The notes beneath the pieces were generated by a model. The model worked only from the letters and a program-made list of their open reading frames with translations. It was not told the DNA's origin and did not search any database. 64,000 bases of DNA. It comes from an uncultured Actinomycetes bacterium. Lineage in GTDB: Bacteria > Actinomycetota > UBA4738 > HRBIN12. Location of the stretch: assembly GCA_963713185.1 (NCBI GenBank), contig CAVQKV010000007.1, positions 83,440-147,439 of the forward strand. The letters run 5' to 3'. A program made the translations under genes and the position numbers. Below are positions 21,627 through 30,447 of the stretch, in pieces (position 1 is the first letter of the stretch; each line of letters begins with the position of its first letter).

Positions 21627-22160
21627 GTGAGGTTCCGGCACGTCGTCCGCGGCGGGACCTACCTTCGCGTCGCCGATCCTTCGTGGGCATCGTCGCTCGA
21701 CGGTCGCTTCGCGGCCGAACGCGGGGCCCGGTGGAACCCACCCGACTCGTTCCCGGTCGTCTACCTCTGCTCGACCGTCGACATCGCGCGGGCGAACGTC
21801 CTCAAGCGGTTCGACGGCTTGCCGTACTCCGCCCTCGACCTGCTCCCCGAACGGCGACCGACGCTGGTCGAGACGGAGGTCCGCTCCCATCGCGCGGTGG
21901 ACGTGGTCACCGACGCCGGATGCCGGGCCGCCGGTCTCCCCACGACCTACCCGCGAGACGCTGACGGGACCGAGATCGGCTGGGAGCGCTGTCGCCCAAT
22001 CGGGCTGATCGCGTGGGACCAGCGCGAGCCGTCGATCGCGTGCCGGAGCGCCGCGGCTCGACCGAACGATGCCGGCGAGGAGCTCGCCTGGTTCGTCCGG
22101 GGCGCGACCGATCGCCTCCGCGTGCGACGTCGCCGGGCGTTCGACGATTGGTTCGACTGA
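21627..22160 (+). CDS. RES-domain toxin (MbcT/Res-like putative NAD+-targeting)
   Basis: ...GARWNPPDSFPVVYLCSTVDIARANVLK... shows R..E..S signature spacing. The GTG start overlaps the antitoxin stop codon. Confidence 0.75.
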   Translation: MRFRHVVRGGTYLRVADPSWASSLDGRFAAERGARWNPPDSFPVVYLCSTVDIARANVLKRFDGLPYSALDLLPERRPTLVETEVRSHRAVDVVTDAGCRAAGLPTTYPRDADGTEIGWERCRPIGLIAWDQREPSIACRSAAARPNDAGEELAWFVRGATDRLRVRRRRAFDDWFD

Positions 22161-22181
22161 GCGGGACGGAAGTGGAGGCTC

Positions 22182-22658
22182 CTACAGCTGCAGGGCTCGT
22201 GGCCTCGACATCAGTACCTCCGGGTCGTTCCAGTCGACCCCCTCGACGTCGATGTAGAGCTCGATCTCGTTCCCGTCGGGGTCGGCGAGGTAAAGGCTGT
22301 GCGTCATCCCGTGGTCGGCGGTGCCAAGGAGCGGCACGCCGCCCTCCTGCAACCGCGCCAGCGCCGCGCGCAGCTCGTCGTCCGTGTCACCCACCTTCAG
22401 CCCGAAGTGGTACAGGCCCACCCGGCGCCCGGCGGGGATCGGGGCGGCGTCGGGGCCGACCTCGATCAGGAGCAGCTCGTGATGGGTGCGGCCGCTCGAG
22501 AACATCGCCGCCGAGAACGGCAGGCCGTCTCCGGGTCCCACCTGACGCCAGCCGAGCACGTCCCGGTAGAACCGCACCGAACGCTCGAGGTCCCGCACGT
22601 ACAGCACGATGTGTCCGAGCTCCTTCACGCCGCCGGGTCCCTGCTCCGTCGTCCCCAT
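22182..22658 (-). CDS. VOC-family protein (glyoxalase/dioxygenase fold)
   Basis: MGTTEQGPGGVKELGHIVLYVRDLERSVRFYRDVLGW...HHELLLIE...LYLADPDGNEIELY. GGAGGG ribosome-binding site 6 nt upstream. Confidence 0.8.
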   Translation of the reverse strand: MGTTEQGPGGVKELGHIVLYVRDLERSVRFYRDVLGWRQVGPGDGLPFSAAMFSSGRTHHELLLIEVGPDAAPIPAGRRVGLYHFGLKVGDTDDELRAALARLQEGGVPLLGTADHGMTHSLYLADPDGNEIELYIDVEGVDWNDPEVLMSRPRALQL

Positions 22659-22741
22659 GCCGCCCTCCGTCCCGTTCCTTTGTCGTTGCACCCCGCAACC
22701 CGTCCTGAGCGTCCAGTATGCTCGCGGCGCATCCGCGGAGA

Positions 22742-23938
22742 TCAGGGCGCGAGCCGGAAGACCGTCCCCGTCAGGGACAGCACGTAGAGCTCGCCATCGG
22801 CGTCCTGCCCGAACGACGCGACCGCATCGACCCGGGGCCCGAGGGCGCGAAGGTGCGTCGCCCGGCCGTCCCGCTGGACGAACGCCTCCAGCCTGCCGCG
22901 GCAGTAGTCGGCGAAGACGTAGGCGCCGGCCAGGCCCTCGATCTCCGCGCCCCGGTACACGTACCCGCCTGTGACCGCGCACGAGCCGTCGCCGTGCGCG
23001 TACTCGAACACGGGCGCAACCGTCCCCGGGGCGGACCGGCGTTCGAACGGGTGCGTGCCCTCGAGGAGGTTCCACCCGAAGTTCGACCCGCCGCTCGAAC
23101 CCGCGCGCTCGAGGTCGATCTCCTCCCAGGCGTTCTGCCCGACGTCGCCGATCCACAGGTCGCCGGTGGCGGCGTCGAACGAGAACCGCCACGGGTTCCG
23201 AAGGCCGTACTCCCAGATCTCGGGACGCGCGCCCTCGCGCCCGACGAACGGGTTGTCCGGCGGGATCACGTACGGTCGACCCCCGGACGGCCTCGGGGAG
23301 ATCCGCAGCAGCTTGCCGAGGAGCGTCGAGAGCGACTGCCCGTTCCCCATCGGATCGCCGGCGCTCCCACCGTCGCCGAGCGCGACGTACAGGTACCCGT
23401 CCGGTCCGAACGCGAGCGCGCCGCCGTTGTGGTTCGAGAACGGTTGATCGACGAACAGCACCTCGCGCCCGGTGCCGGGATCGACGGCCGCGTCGCCGAA
23501 CGCGAACTCCGTCACGTGCGTGTCGCCCGCGGTGTCCGTGAAGTCGACGTACAGGTATCGCCCGTCCGGCGAGAACGCGAGCCCGAGCAGGCCCTGTTCG
23601 CTCCCGAGCGACACGCGGTCGGTCACGTCGAGGACGACCCGCGGATCCGAACCGGAGACGAGCGCGACCACGCGACCCACCTTCTCGGCCACGTACAACG
23701 CCGGATCGCCGGCGCGGACCGCCATGGCGACCGGCTGCTCGAGCTCGGCGATCGGGACGAGCCGGATGCGCGCATCGGTTCGACCCGGTCTCGGCGAGGC
23801 CGGCGGGGATGTCGGAGCGTCACCGCCCGGCGACGTGCGGCCGGTCGCCCGCGGCCCCGTCGCGCCGTCCGGTCCGCACGCCGCCAGCAGGGCGGCGACG
23901 AGGACCAGGACGGGCATCCAGCGTCGGGGACGGTTCAC
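22742..23938 (-). CDS. PQQ-dependent sugar dehydrogenase (soluble glucose/sorbosone dehydrogenase family), lipoprotein
   Basis: Lipobox LLAAC, then ...FSNHNGGALAFGPDGYLYVALGDGGSAGDP...NFGWN.... Confidence 0.85.
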   Translation of the reverse strand: MNRPRRWMPVLVLVAALLAACGPDGATGPRATGRTSPGGDAPTSPPASPRPGRTDARIRLVPIAELEQPVAMAVRAGDPALYVAEKVGRVVALVSGSDPRVVLDVTDRVSLGSEQGLLGLAFSPDGRYLYVDFTDTAGDTHVTEFAFGDAAVDPGTGREVLFVDQPFSNHNGGALAFGPDGYLYVALGDGGSAGDPMGNGQSLSTLLGKLLRISPRPSGGRPYVIPPDNPFVGREGARPEIWEYGLRNPWRFSFDAATGDLWIGDVGQNAWEEIDLERAGSSGGSNFGWNLLEGTHPFERRSAPGTVAPVFEYAHGDGSCAVTGGYVYRGAEIEGLAGAYVFADYCRGRLEAFVQRDGRATHLRALGPRVDAVASFGQDADGELYVLSLTGTVFRLAP

Positions 23939-23948
23939 CGCCTCGAGG

Positions 23949-24567
23949 CTACCGGCCCGGCCCCGGACCCCCGGCCGGAGAGGAGCGCCGCCGCCGGACG
24001 ATCATCCAGGCGAGCACCCCCACCGCGATCCCCAACGCGGCCGCGACAAAGGGCCAGGCGCGGTTCGGCTCCGGCGCCGCCTCGCCGGCCACGGCCGCGG
24101 TGTTCTCGAGCGCCAGGTCGGCCGCATCCACCTTGGTGACCGGGCCGTCCGCGGTCGTCGTGTCGGTCGCTCCGCCGATGCCGTCGCCCACGACCACCAC
24201 GCCGACCATCCCCGCGTGGTAGGTGCACACGTAGGGAAAGACGCCCGGGTCGGAGAACCGGTACGTCACCGTCTTCTTCTTGAAGCCCGCGTAGTCGCCC
24301 CAGGTGGCGTTCGCGCCCAGGACGGAGTGCGGCACCGGATCGACGTTCGTGAACGTCACCTCGCCGCCGGTCGACACGCGCAGGATCGTCGGCGAGAAGC
24401 AGTAGTCGCGGATGTCAACCGCGGTCCCCGTCGCGTCGGTCACCGGCCGGCCGCATCCGCCCCCGCCGCTCGCCGAGGCGGCGCCGGGCGCGAGCGGAGC
24501 GTGAGCGCACCGAGCAGAACGACCACGGCGGCGGCCGACACCCCCCGTCGGATGTCTCGCGTGTGCA
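23949..24567 (-). CDS. cupredoxin (blue copper protein) with C-terminal membrane anchor, frameshift near 24480
   Basis: Signal peptide MHTRDIRRGVSAAAVVVLLGALTL in one frame. The mature domain, with the C...H...M copper site (YVCTYHAGMVGVVVV) and a C-terminal transmembrane helix, is in another frame. Confidence 0.6.
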
Positions 24568-24723
24568 TCCGCGCCTCCTCTCGGTCGCTTTCTGACACGA
24601 CCGACGGCACGGCCGAACGGTTCCACACGTGTTCGACGCCCGCAGGTGATCGAGGGAGAACGAGGGACTTGACACCCCGTCCGCGCGGTGCGCCCATGTC
24701 CTCGGGTTCGAAAGGGGTCACGC

Positions 24724-26216
24724 ATGCCGGATCTCGAGACCACGGCGCTCGGAACGCCGCAGAAGGCGTTCGCCGGCTACCCCGCGCCGTTCGTGCTCGA
24801 TGCACCCGACGGCGAGCGGGTCGAGCACACGATCTGGGGTGACTACGTCGGCCTCACGGGCGTCGAGGACGGCGACTGGGTCCAGGTGCGCGCTCGCGGC
24901 ATGGACGGCTGGATGCGACGGTCCGAGATCCAGACCGAGCGCCTGCTCGAGGTCAACTTCGTCGATGTCGGCCAGGGAGACGGCAGCTTCATCGTCACGC
25001 CGAACGACGACTACCTCCTCGTCGACGCCGGCCTGGACGACAACATGCTCCGGTTCAGTTGGCGCTTCAACCTACGGTTCCACTATGGGTGGCGGATCGA
25101 CTTCCTCGCGGGCGTCATCACCCATCCCGACGAGGATCACTTCGGGGGATTCGCGAAGCTGCTCGACTCGGGCAACTTCCACTTCGATGCGCTGTACCAC
25201 AACGGCCTGGTCGAGCGCGCCGGTGGCCCGCGTCTGGGCCCCACGACGGAGGTCGACGGGATCACGTATCAGACCGACGTCGTGACGGACCTCGCGGCGC
25301 TGCACGCGATCATCGACGACCCGGCCAGGGTCGGCGGGATGCACTATCCGAACCTGATGAAGACCGCGGTCGACGGCGCGCTCGCGGACGACGTCGCGAT
25401 GCTCTCCGAGGGCGGGTTCGTCGAGGGGTTCGGCCCGCACGAGGACCTGTCGATCCAGGTGCTCGCCCCGATCACCTCGGAGATCGACGGGCAGCCCGCC
25501 CTGCGGCGGCTCGGCGACGACGGGGTCACCAAGAACGGCCACTCCGTAACGCTCCGGCTGCGGTACCGAGACATCTCGGTGCTGCTGACGGGCGACCTGA
25601 ACTCGGCCTCCCAACGCCGTCTGCTCGAGTGGACCACGGGCGTTGATCCCGTGGGAGCGGACGATGCCGAACGCGACCAGATGTCGAGGCCGCGCGGGCG
25701 ATCTTCGGATCCGATGTCGCGAAGGGCTGCCACCACGGCAGCGCCGACTTCGTCGACGGGTTCCTCGGCGCCATGAACGCGCTGGTGACGGTGGTCTCGA
25801 GCGGCGACGACGAGCCGTTCGCCCATCCGAGGCCCGACGGGCCCGACGCGCTCGGCGCGCTCGGCAAGTGGGGACGGGGAACCCGACCGCTCATCTTCAG
25901 CACCGAGCTCGCGAGGTCGGCGCGCGAGAACATCAAGCAGGTCCAGGCGCTCCTGGATGAGCTGTCGGGCCTCGAGGCCGCCCTCGACGCCGCCCCGACC
26001 GAAGAGGAGCGCGACGCCGTGCTCGCCCTCATCGCCGACCACGCGTCGGCCATCGAACGCGCGATCGCCGTCTACGGGCTCATCAACCTGCGGACCGACG
26101 GCCGCAAGCTGGTGATGGCGCAGAAGCTCGAGCGCCCCGCGCCGAGCGGCGTGAAGTGGGACGTCCATCGCTTCGAGTTCGACGGCGACGGGGAGCTGCG
26201 GCACATCGACGACTGA
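24724..26216 (+). CDS. MBL-fold metallo-hydrolase (ComEC/Rec2-like beta-lactamase domain), frameshift near 25680
   Basis: VDVGQGDGSFIVTP...ITHPDEDHFGG, then ...AKGCHHGSADFVDGFLGAMNALVTVVSSGDDEPFAHPRP in a shifted frame. Confidence 0.7.
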
Positions 26217-26237
26217 CCCTCTAGGCTCCGCCCTGAG

Positions 26238-27074
26238 ATGGCGACCTACGCGACCCCCGAGGACGAATGGGCCGCCATGCTCAGTGGGACCCACCCCCAC
26301 CTCCACGACAAGAGCCCGCTCCGGTTCATCCCGTCGAACCCTCGGTGCAGGCTCTGCTCCGCCCCCTTCGGCGCCCCCGGCTCGTTCGTGCTCAAGCGAT
26401 ACGGGTTCAAACCATGGGAGAAGAACCCGAACATCTGCGGTCGATGCTTCACGAGCATCGAGGCGGCGGCGAAGATGTGCCCGGGCTCCGTCGAGGATCG
26501 AGAGGTCAACGGCGCCGAGGTCGAGCTCACGATGCTGTTCGCTGACATCCGCGGCTCGAGCAAGCTCGCCCGCCAGATGCCGACGAGGGACTTCACGCTC
26601 CTCATGAACCGCTTCTACTCGGTCTCCAAGGACGTGCTCGTCGAGGCCGACGCCATCGTCGAGAAGTTCGTCGGCGACGAGGTGGTGGGGCTCTTCGTCC
26701 CGCTCCTGACCGGTCCGGAGCACGCGCGGCGAGGGGTCGAGGCGGCGGAGGCGCTGCTGCGAGCGACGGGCCACGGCGACGGAACACCGTGGGTGCCGCT
26801 CGGCGCGGGCGTGCACACCGGGACCGCGTTCGTCGGCGTGGTCGGCACGAAGACCTCGAGCGATTTCACCGCGCTCGGCGACCCGGTCAACATCGCGGCC
26901 CATCTCGCGTCGCAGGCGGCCGCCGGCGAGATCTTGGTCACCGAGGCGACGGCGGAGGCGGCGCGGTTGACGGCGGACAACCTCGAGCGACGGCACGTCT
27001 CGCTCAAAGGTCACCCGGTCGACGCGATGGTCCTCCGCGTCGGTCGACCCGCCGAGGACGAGCCGGTCCGCTGA
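26238..27074 (+). CDS. class III adenylate/guanylate cyclase with N-terminal Cys4 zinc-ribbon
   Basis: CRLC...CGRC, then LTMLFADIRGSSKLA...KFVGDEVVGLFV...GVHTGTAFVG...GDPVNIAAHL. Confidence 0.85.
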   Translation: MATYATPEDEWAAMLSGTHPHLHDKSPLRFIPSNPRCRLCSAPFGAPGSFVLKRYGFKPWEKNPNICGRCFTSIEAAAKMCPGSVEDREVNGAEVELTMLFADIRGSSKLARQMPTRDFTLLMNRFYSVSKDVLVEADAIVEKFVGDEVVGLFVPLLTGPEHARRGVEAAEALLRATGHGDGTPWVPLGAGVHTGTAFVGVVGTKTSSDFTALGDPVNIAAHLASQAAAGEILVTEATAEAARLTADNLERRHVSLKGHPVDAMVLRVGRPAEDEPVR

Positions 27075-27108
27075 CCCGAGCCCTCGGTCCGCGGACCGGC
27101 CGTGCTAC

Positions 27109-28446
27109 TCACGGCTCGACGAGCGCGAAGATCCGCCACGCCCCCGGAACCCCTTTGAGCATGTGTTCGCCCCTGTCGGCGAACGCCAGACCGGATCCCG
27201 CGATGAGGTCCTTGACCGTAGAGGAGACGAGGACCTCCCCCGCTGCGGCCATCGCCGCCACCCGAGCACCGATATGCACGGCGATCCCGTGCACCTCGGC
27301 ACCCTCGAACTCGATCTCCCCCGTGTGAACGCCGGCCCGGACCTCGATCCCGATCTCGCGGACGGTCATCGTGATCGCTCGGGCACAGCGCACCGCTCGA
27401 GCGGGTCCGTCGAAGGTCGCGAGGAACCCGTCACCGGTCGTCTTCGCCTCCCTGCCACCGAACCGCTCGAACTCGCGGCGAACCCGCTCGTTGTGCGCTC
27501 CGAGCAGGTCCTTCCACCCGAGGTCACCGATCTCAGCGGCCGTCGCGGTCGAACCGACGATGTCGGTGAACAGCACCGTTCCCAGCACGCGGTCGGGCAT
27601 CGCGCTCCCCCGGACACCGGTCAGGAACTCCTCGATCTCGGAGACGACCCGTTCGCTGTCCCCGACCCATGGCAGATGATCGACGCCGGGAAGCTCGACG
27701 AACGTGGCATCGGGGATGTGATCTGCGAGGTACCGACCCGCCTCGACCGAGATCGCACGATCGCCCGTCCGATGCAGCACCAGGGCGGGAACGCGGATCG
27801 ATGAGAGCACCGCTCGAACGTCGATCTCGCGGTTCATGCGCGTGAGCGCGATCGCGGCCCCCGGGCTCGCTCCCGCGCGCAGGTATCGAGCCCAGTTGTC
27901 ACGGAATCGCGCATCGTTCACTCGGCTCGGGGCTCGGAAGTCGATGCCGACCGGTCCTCCCCATCCGTCCGCGATCTCTCGCAGCATCTCCTCGTAGGCG
28001 TCGGCCGAGATCCCCGGCTGGTAGTCGGTGCTCCGTAACCGTCGTGCGAAGCCTCCGCACAAGACGAGCGCCGTCGTCCGCTCCGGATAGGTGGCTGCGA
28101 ACAGCGCGCACATCGGGGCCCCCTCCGACACTCCCAGCAGGGCCGCGCTCGTCGAACCGATGGCGTCGCACACAGCGAGCACGTCGCTCATCCGCGTCTC
28201 GAGCGCGGGCAGATCCGATTCGGCCACGCGGTCGGACAAGCCGGTCCCGCGCTTGTCGAACATGATCAAGCGGGTGAACGACGCGAGCCGCTCGAAGAAT
28301 CGAGCGAGCGTCGGCTCCTCCCAGGCGACCTCGAGGTGCGAGATCCATCCAGGAACCCAGACCAGATCCCTGGGGCCCTCCCCGACCACCTGGTACGCGA
28401 TCGACACACCGTCCGCAGCCTTCGCGTACCGGGTCTCGGGATGCAT
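27109..28446 (-). CDS. alpha/beta-hydrolase fused to a class III adenylate/guanylate cyclase domain
   Basis: N-terminus MHPETRYAKAADGVSIAYQVVGEGP...GVSEGAP (hydrolase). C-terminus LGTVLFTDIVGSTATAAEIGD...TTGDGFLATFDGPARAVRCA (cyclase). Confidence 0.85.
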   Translation of the reverse strand: MHPETRYAKAADGVSIAYQVVGEGPRDLVWVPGWISHLEVAWEEPTLARFFERLASFTRLIMFDKRGTGLSDRVAESDLPALETRMSDVLAVCDAIGSTSAALLGVSEGAPMCALFAATYPERTTALVLCGGFARRLRSTDYQPGISADAYEEMLREIADGWGGPVGIDFRAPSRVNDARFRDNWARYLRAGASPGAAIALTRMNREIDVRAVLSSIRVPALVLHRTGDRAISVEAGRYLADHIPDATFVELPGVDHLPWVGDSERVVSEIEEFLTGVRGSAMPDRVLGTVLFTDIVGSTATAAEIGDLGWKDLLGAHNERVRREFERFGGREAKTTGDGFLATFDGPARAVRCARAITMTVREIGIEVRAGVHTGEIEFEGAEVHGIAVHIGARVAAMAAAGEVLVSSTVKDLIAGSGLAFADRGEHMLKGVPGAWRIFALVEP

Positions 28447-28454
28447 TGGTAGTC

Positions 28455-30405
28455 AGGGGCGCGGTGCCCGACACACGGGCCCGGTTCCCCATCCCCCTTT
28501 CAAACCGTGCGAGCGGTTCTCCCGCACACGGCTTACCGATGGTCGTCTGGGCATCGCTACGCGGCCCCCGGATAGCGGATGGTCCCACGCAACCGGTGCA
28601 GGCCCTGATCCCGGAACCAGTCGCTCGTCCACGCAGCCACCCGCCCGGGGTGGACCCGACGGCCGTACCGCTTGAGCAGCAGGCTGCGGAGCCGGCCCTC
28701 AACGTAGCGGTCGACAGAGACGAAGCGGTCCGCGGCGTTCCCGGAGCGGAAGTAGTTGCCCCACCCACGGAGCACGGGGTTGAGGTCTTCGATAACGACC
28801 CGAATGTCCGTGCCCGTACGGTTTCGACCGGTGAGCGAGCGCACCCGCTGCCTGACCCGGTTCATGGCCCTGCGGGAGGGCCATCGATGCAGGTAATGGC
28901 GGCGGATGCCGCGCTCGAGCAGGCGGCCGGAAACCCGGGCGTGAAAGTGACAGCCCAGGAAATCGAAGCCGCCCCGGCCTTCGCGGAGGTCAACCTTCCG
29001 CGTCTTGTCCGAGTTCAGCTCAAGGCCAAGCCCGGCCAGGGTGGACCTGACCAGGGCCTCCGCCCGCTCGAGAGCCTGAGGGGTTCGGGTCATCACCACG
29101 AGATCGTCGGCATAACGCACCAGGACCCCGAGGCGCTGCCCGTTCCTCTCCCAGGCCTCGTCGAGAGCGTGGAGGTAGATGTTGGCGAGCAGAGGGGAGA
29201 TCACACCCCCCTGAGGGGTCCCCCCGACCGGCTCGCGGAGCCTCCCTTCCTCCATCACCCCCGCCTTGAGCCACTGACGCACCAGTCTCAGCACCCGTCG
29301 ATCGGAGACCCGCCTTCCCACCGCCTCAAGGAGGAGCCCGTGGTCCAGGCTCCCGAAGAAGTCGGTGATGTCGGCGTCCAGGGCAAAGACGTAGCCCCGG
29401 ATGAAGGAGACCCTCAGGACCTCCAAGGCCTCGGTGGCGCTGCGACCCGGCCGGTAGCCGTAGGAGCAGGACGAGAAGTCCGCCTCGAAGATCGGCTCCA
29501 GCACGAGCTTGGTCGCAGCCTGCACCACCCGGTCCTTGACCGTTGGGATGCCAAGCGGACGCGCCCGCCCGTCTGGCTTCGGGATGTACCGGCGGAGCAC
29601 GGGGCTCGGCCGATACCTACCCGCTCGGAGGCTTCGCTGGAGCTCGGCGAGCATCCGCTCCACCCCGTAGGCCTCCACGTCCGCGAGGGTCTGCCGATCC
29701 ACCCCCGCGGCACCCCGGTTCGCCCGGACCCGCTGCCACGCCGCCCACAGGACGTCACCCCTGTGGATCCGGTCGTAGAGGGCGTGGAAGCGGCGATCAG
29801 GCGACCGCTTGGCTGATGCCCATAGCCGGCCTTGGAGGCGTCGCACGTTGTCGGCGGGCGGTGGCCCACCGGGGTGGTTGGACCGGGGAGCGACCCCGGC
29901 CATGCCCTTGCGCGTTCCCCCTCGGCCGGCATGACCAAAGTGGGGGTCCTTCCCTCCCGGAGCGTTGTGTTGCACCCCGATCGCAGGTACTACGACCCCC
30001 TCGGACTCCCGCTGCCCTCCGCTCGTTTTCGCCGTCGGCTTATACGAGCGGTCTTTGCCCGACGCAGGCGGGGCAGACGGGCCTCTCCTGTTCCGAACCG
30101 AACCATGAGCACGTGCCGTTCCCCCTACCCCGGGGAGACCCGGTGCGGATGCGTCGGAGCGCCTAGCACCGGACGTGGCCTTCGCCGTGACATGAGCGGC
30201 TCGGCTCTCCCATTGTGACTTTGACGAGGCTGCAGGATTCACGTGAAGTTGCGGCCCGCGCTCTTGCTCCCTCCACAGAGGCTCTTGACGCCACGCTTCG
30301 ACCGGACGCCTCTCAACGCCGGCCGGTGGCCTGCTACCGGGGGCTCCGACTCCTCCCCGGGTGGGACTCTCACCCACTGGCTCGGTCCAGCTTGTCAGGA
30401 CGCAC
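28455..30405 (-). mobile_element. group II intron (about 1.95 kb) with intron-encoded protein; boundaries approximate at the 3' end
   Basis: Minus-strand 5' end GUGCGUCCUGACAAGCUGG... (complement of cgcac at 30401-30405). Domain V hairpin GCCGUGUGCGGGAGAACCGCUCGCACGGUU at 28502-28535, just 3' of the ORF. Reverse-transcriptase/maturase ORF in domain IV. Confidence 0.8.
28557..29903 (-). CDS. group II intron reverse transcriptase/maturase
   Basis: ...WQRVRANRGAAGVDRQTLADVEAYG...GIPTVKDRVVQAA...SYGYRPGRSATEAL...RYADDLVVM...LGCHF.... Reverse-transcriptase motifs plus the maturase X domain. Confidence 0.85.
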   Translation of the reverse strand: MAGVAPRSNHPGGPPPADNVRRLQGRLWASAKRSPDRRFHALYDRIHRGDVLWAAWQRVRANRGAAGVDRQTLADVEAYGVERMLAELQRSLRAGRYRPSPVLRRYIPKPDGRARPLGIPTVKDRVVQAATKLVLEPIFEADFSSCSYGYRPGRSATEALEVLRVSFIRGYVFALDADITDFFGSLDHGLLLEAVGRRVSDRRVLRLVRQWLKAGVMEEGRLREPVGGTPQGGVISPLLANIYLHALDEAWERNGQRLGVLVRYADDLVVMTRTPQALERAEALVRSTLAGLGLELNSDKTRKVDLREGRGGFDFLGCHFHARVSGRLLERGIRRHYLHRWPSRRAMNRVRQRVRSLTGRNRTGTDIRVVIEDLNPVLRGWGNYFRSGNAADRFVSVDRYVEGRLRSLLLKRYGRRVHPGRVAAWTSDWFRDQGLHRLRGTIRYPGAA

Positions 30406-30447
30406 CACGGCCGAAGTGTAGAGTCCGCAGCCGTCCGCATCGGGGGG

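Noticed and set aside
28446-29816. 456-aa plus-strand ORF
   Set aside because: Antisense to the group II intron and its reverse-transcriptase ORF. No conserved motifs.
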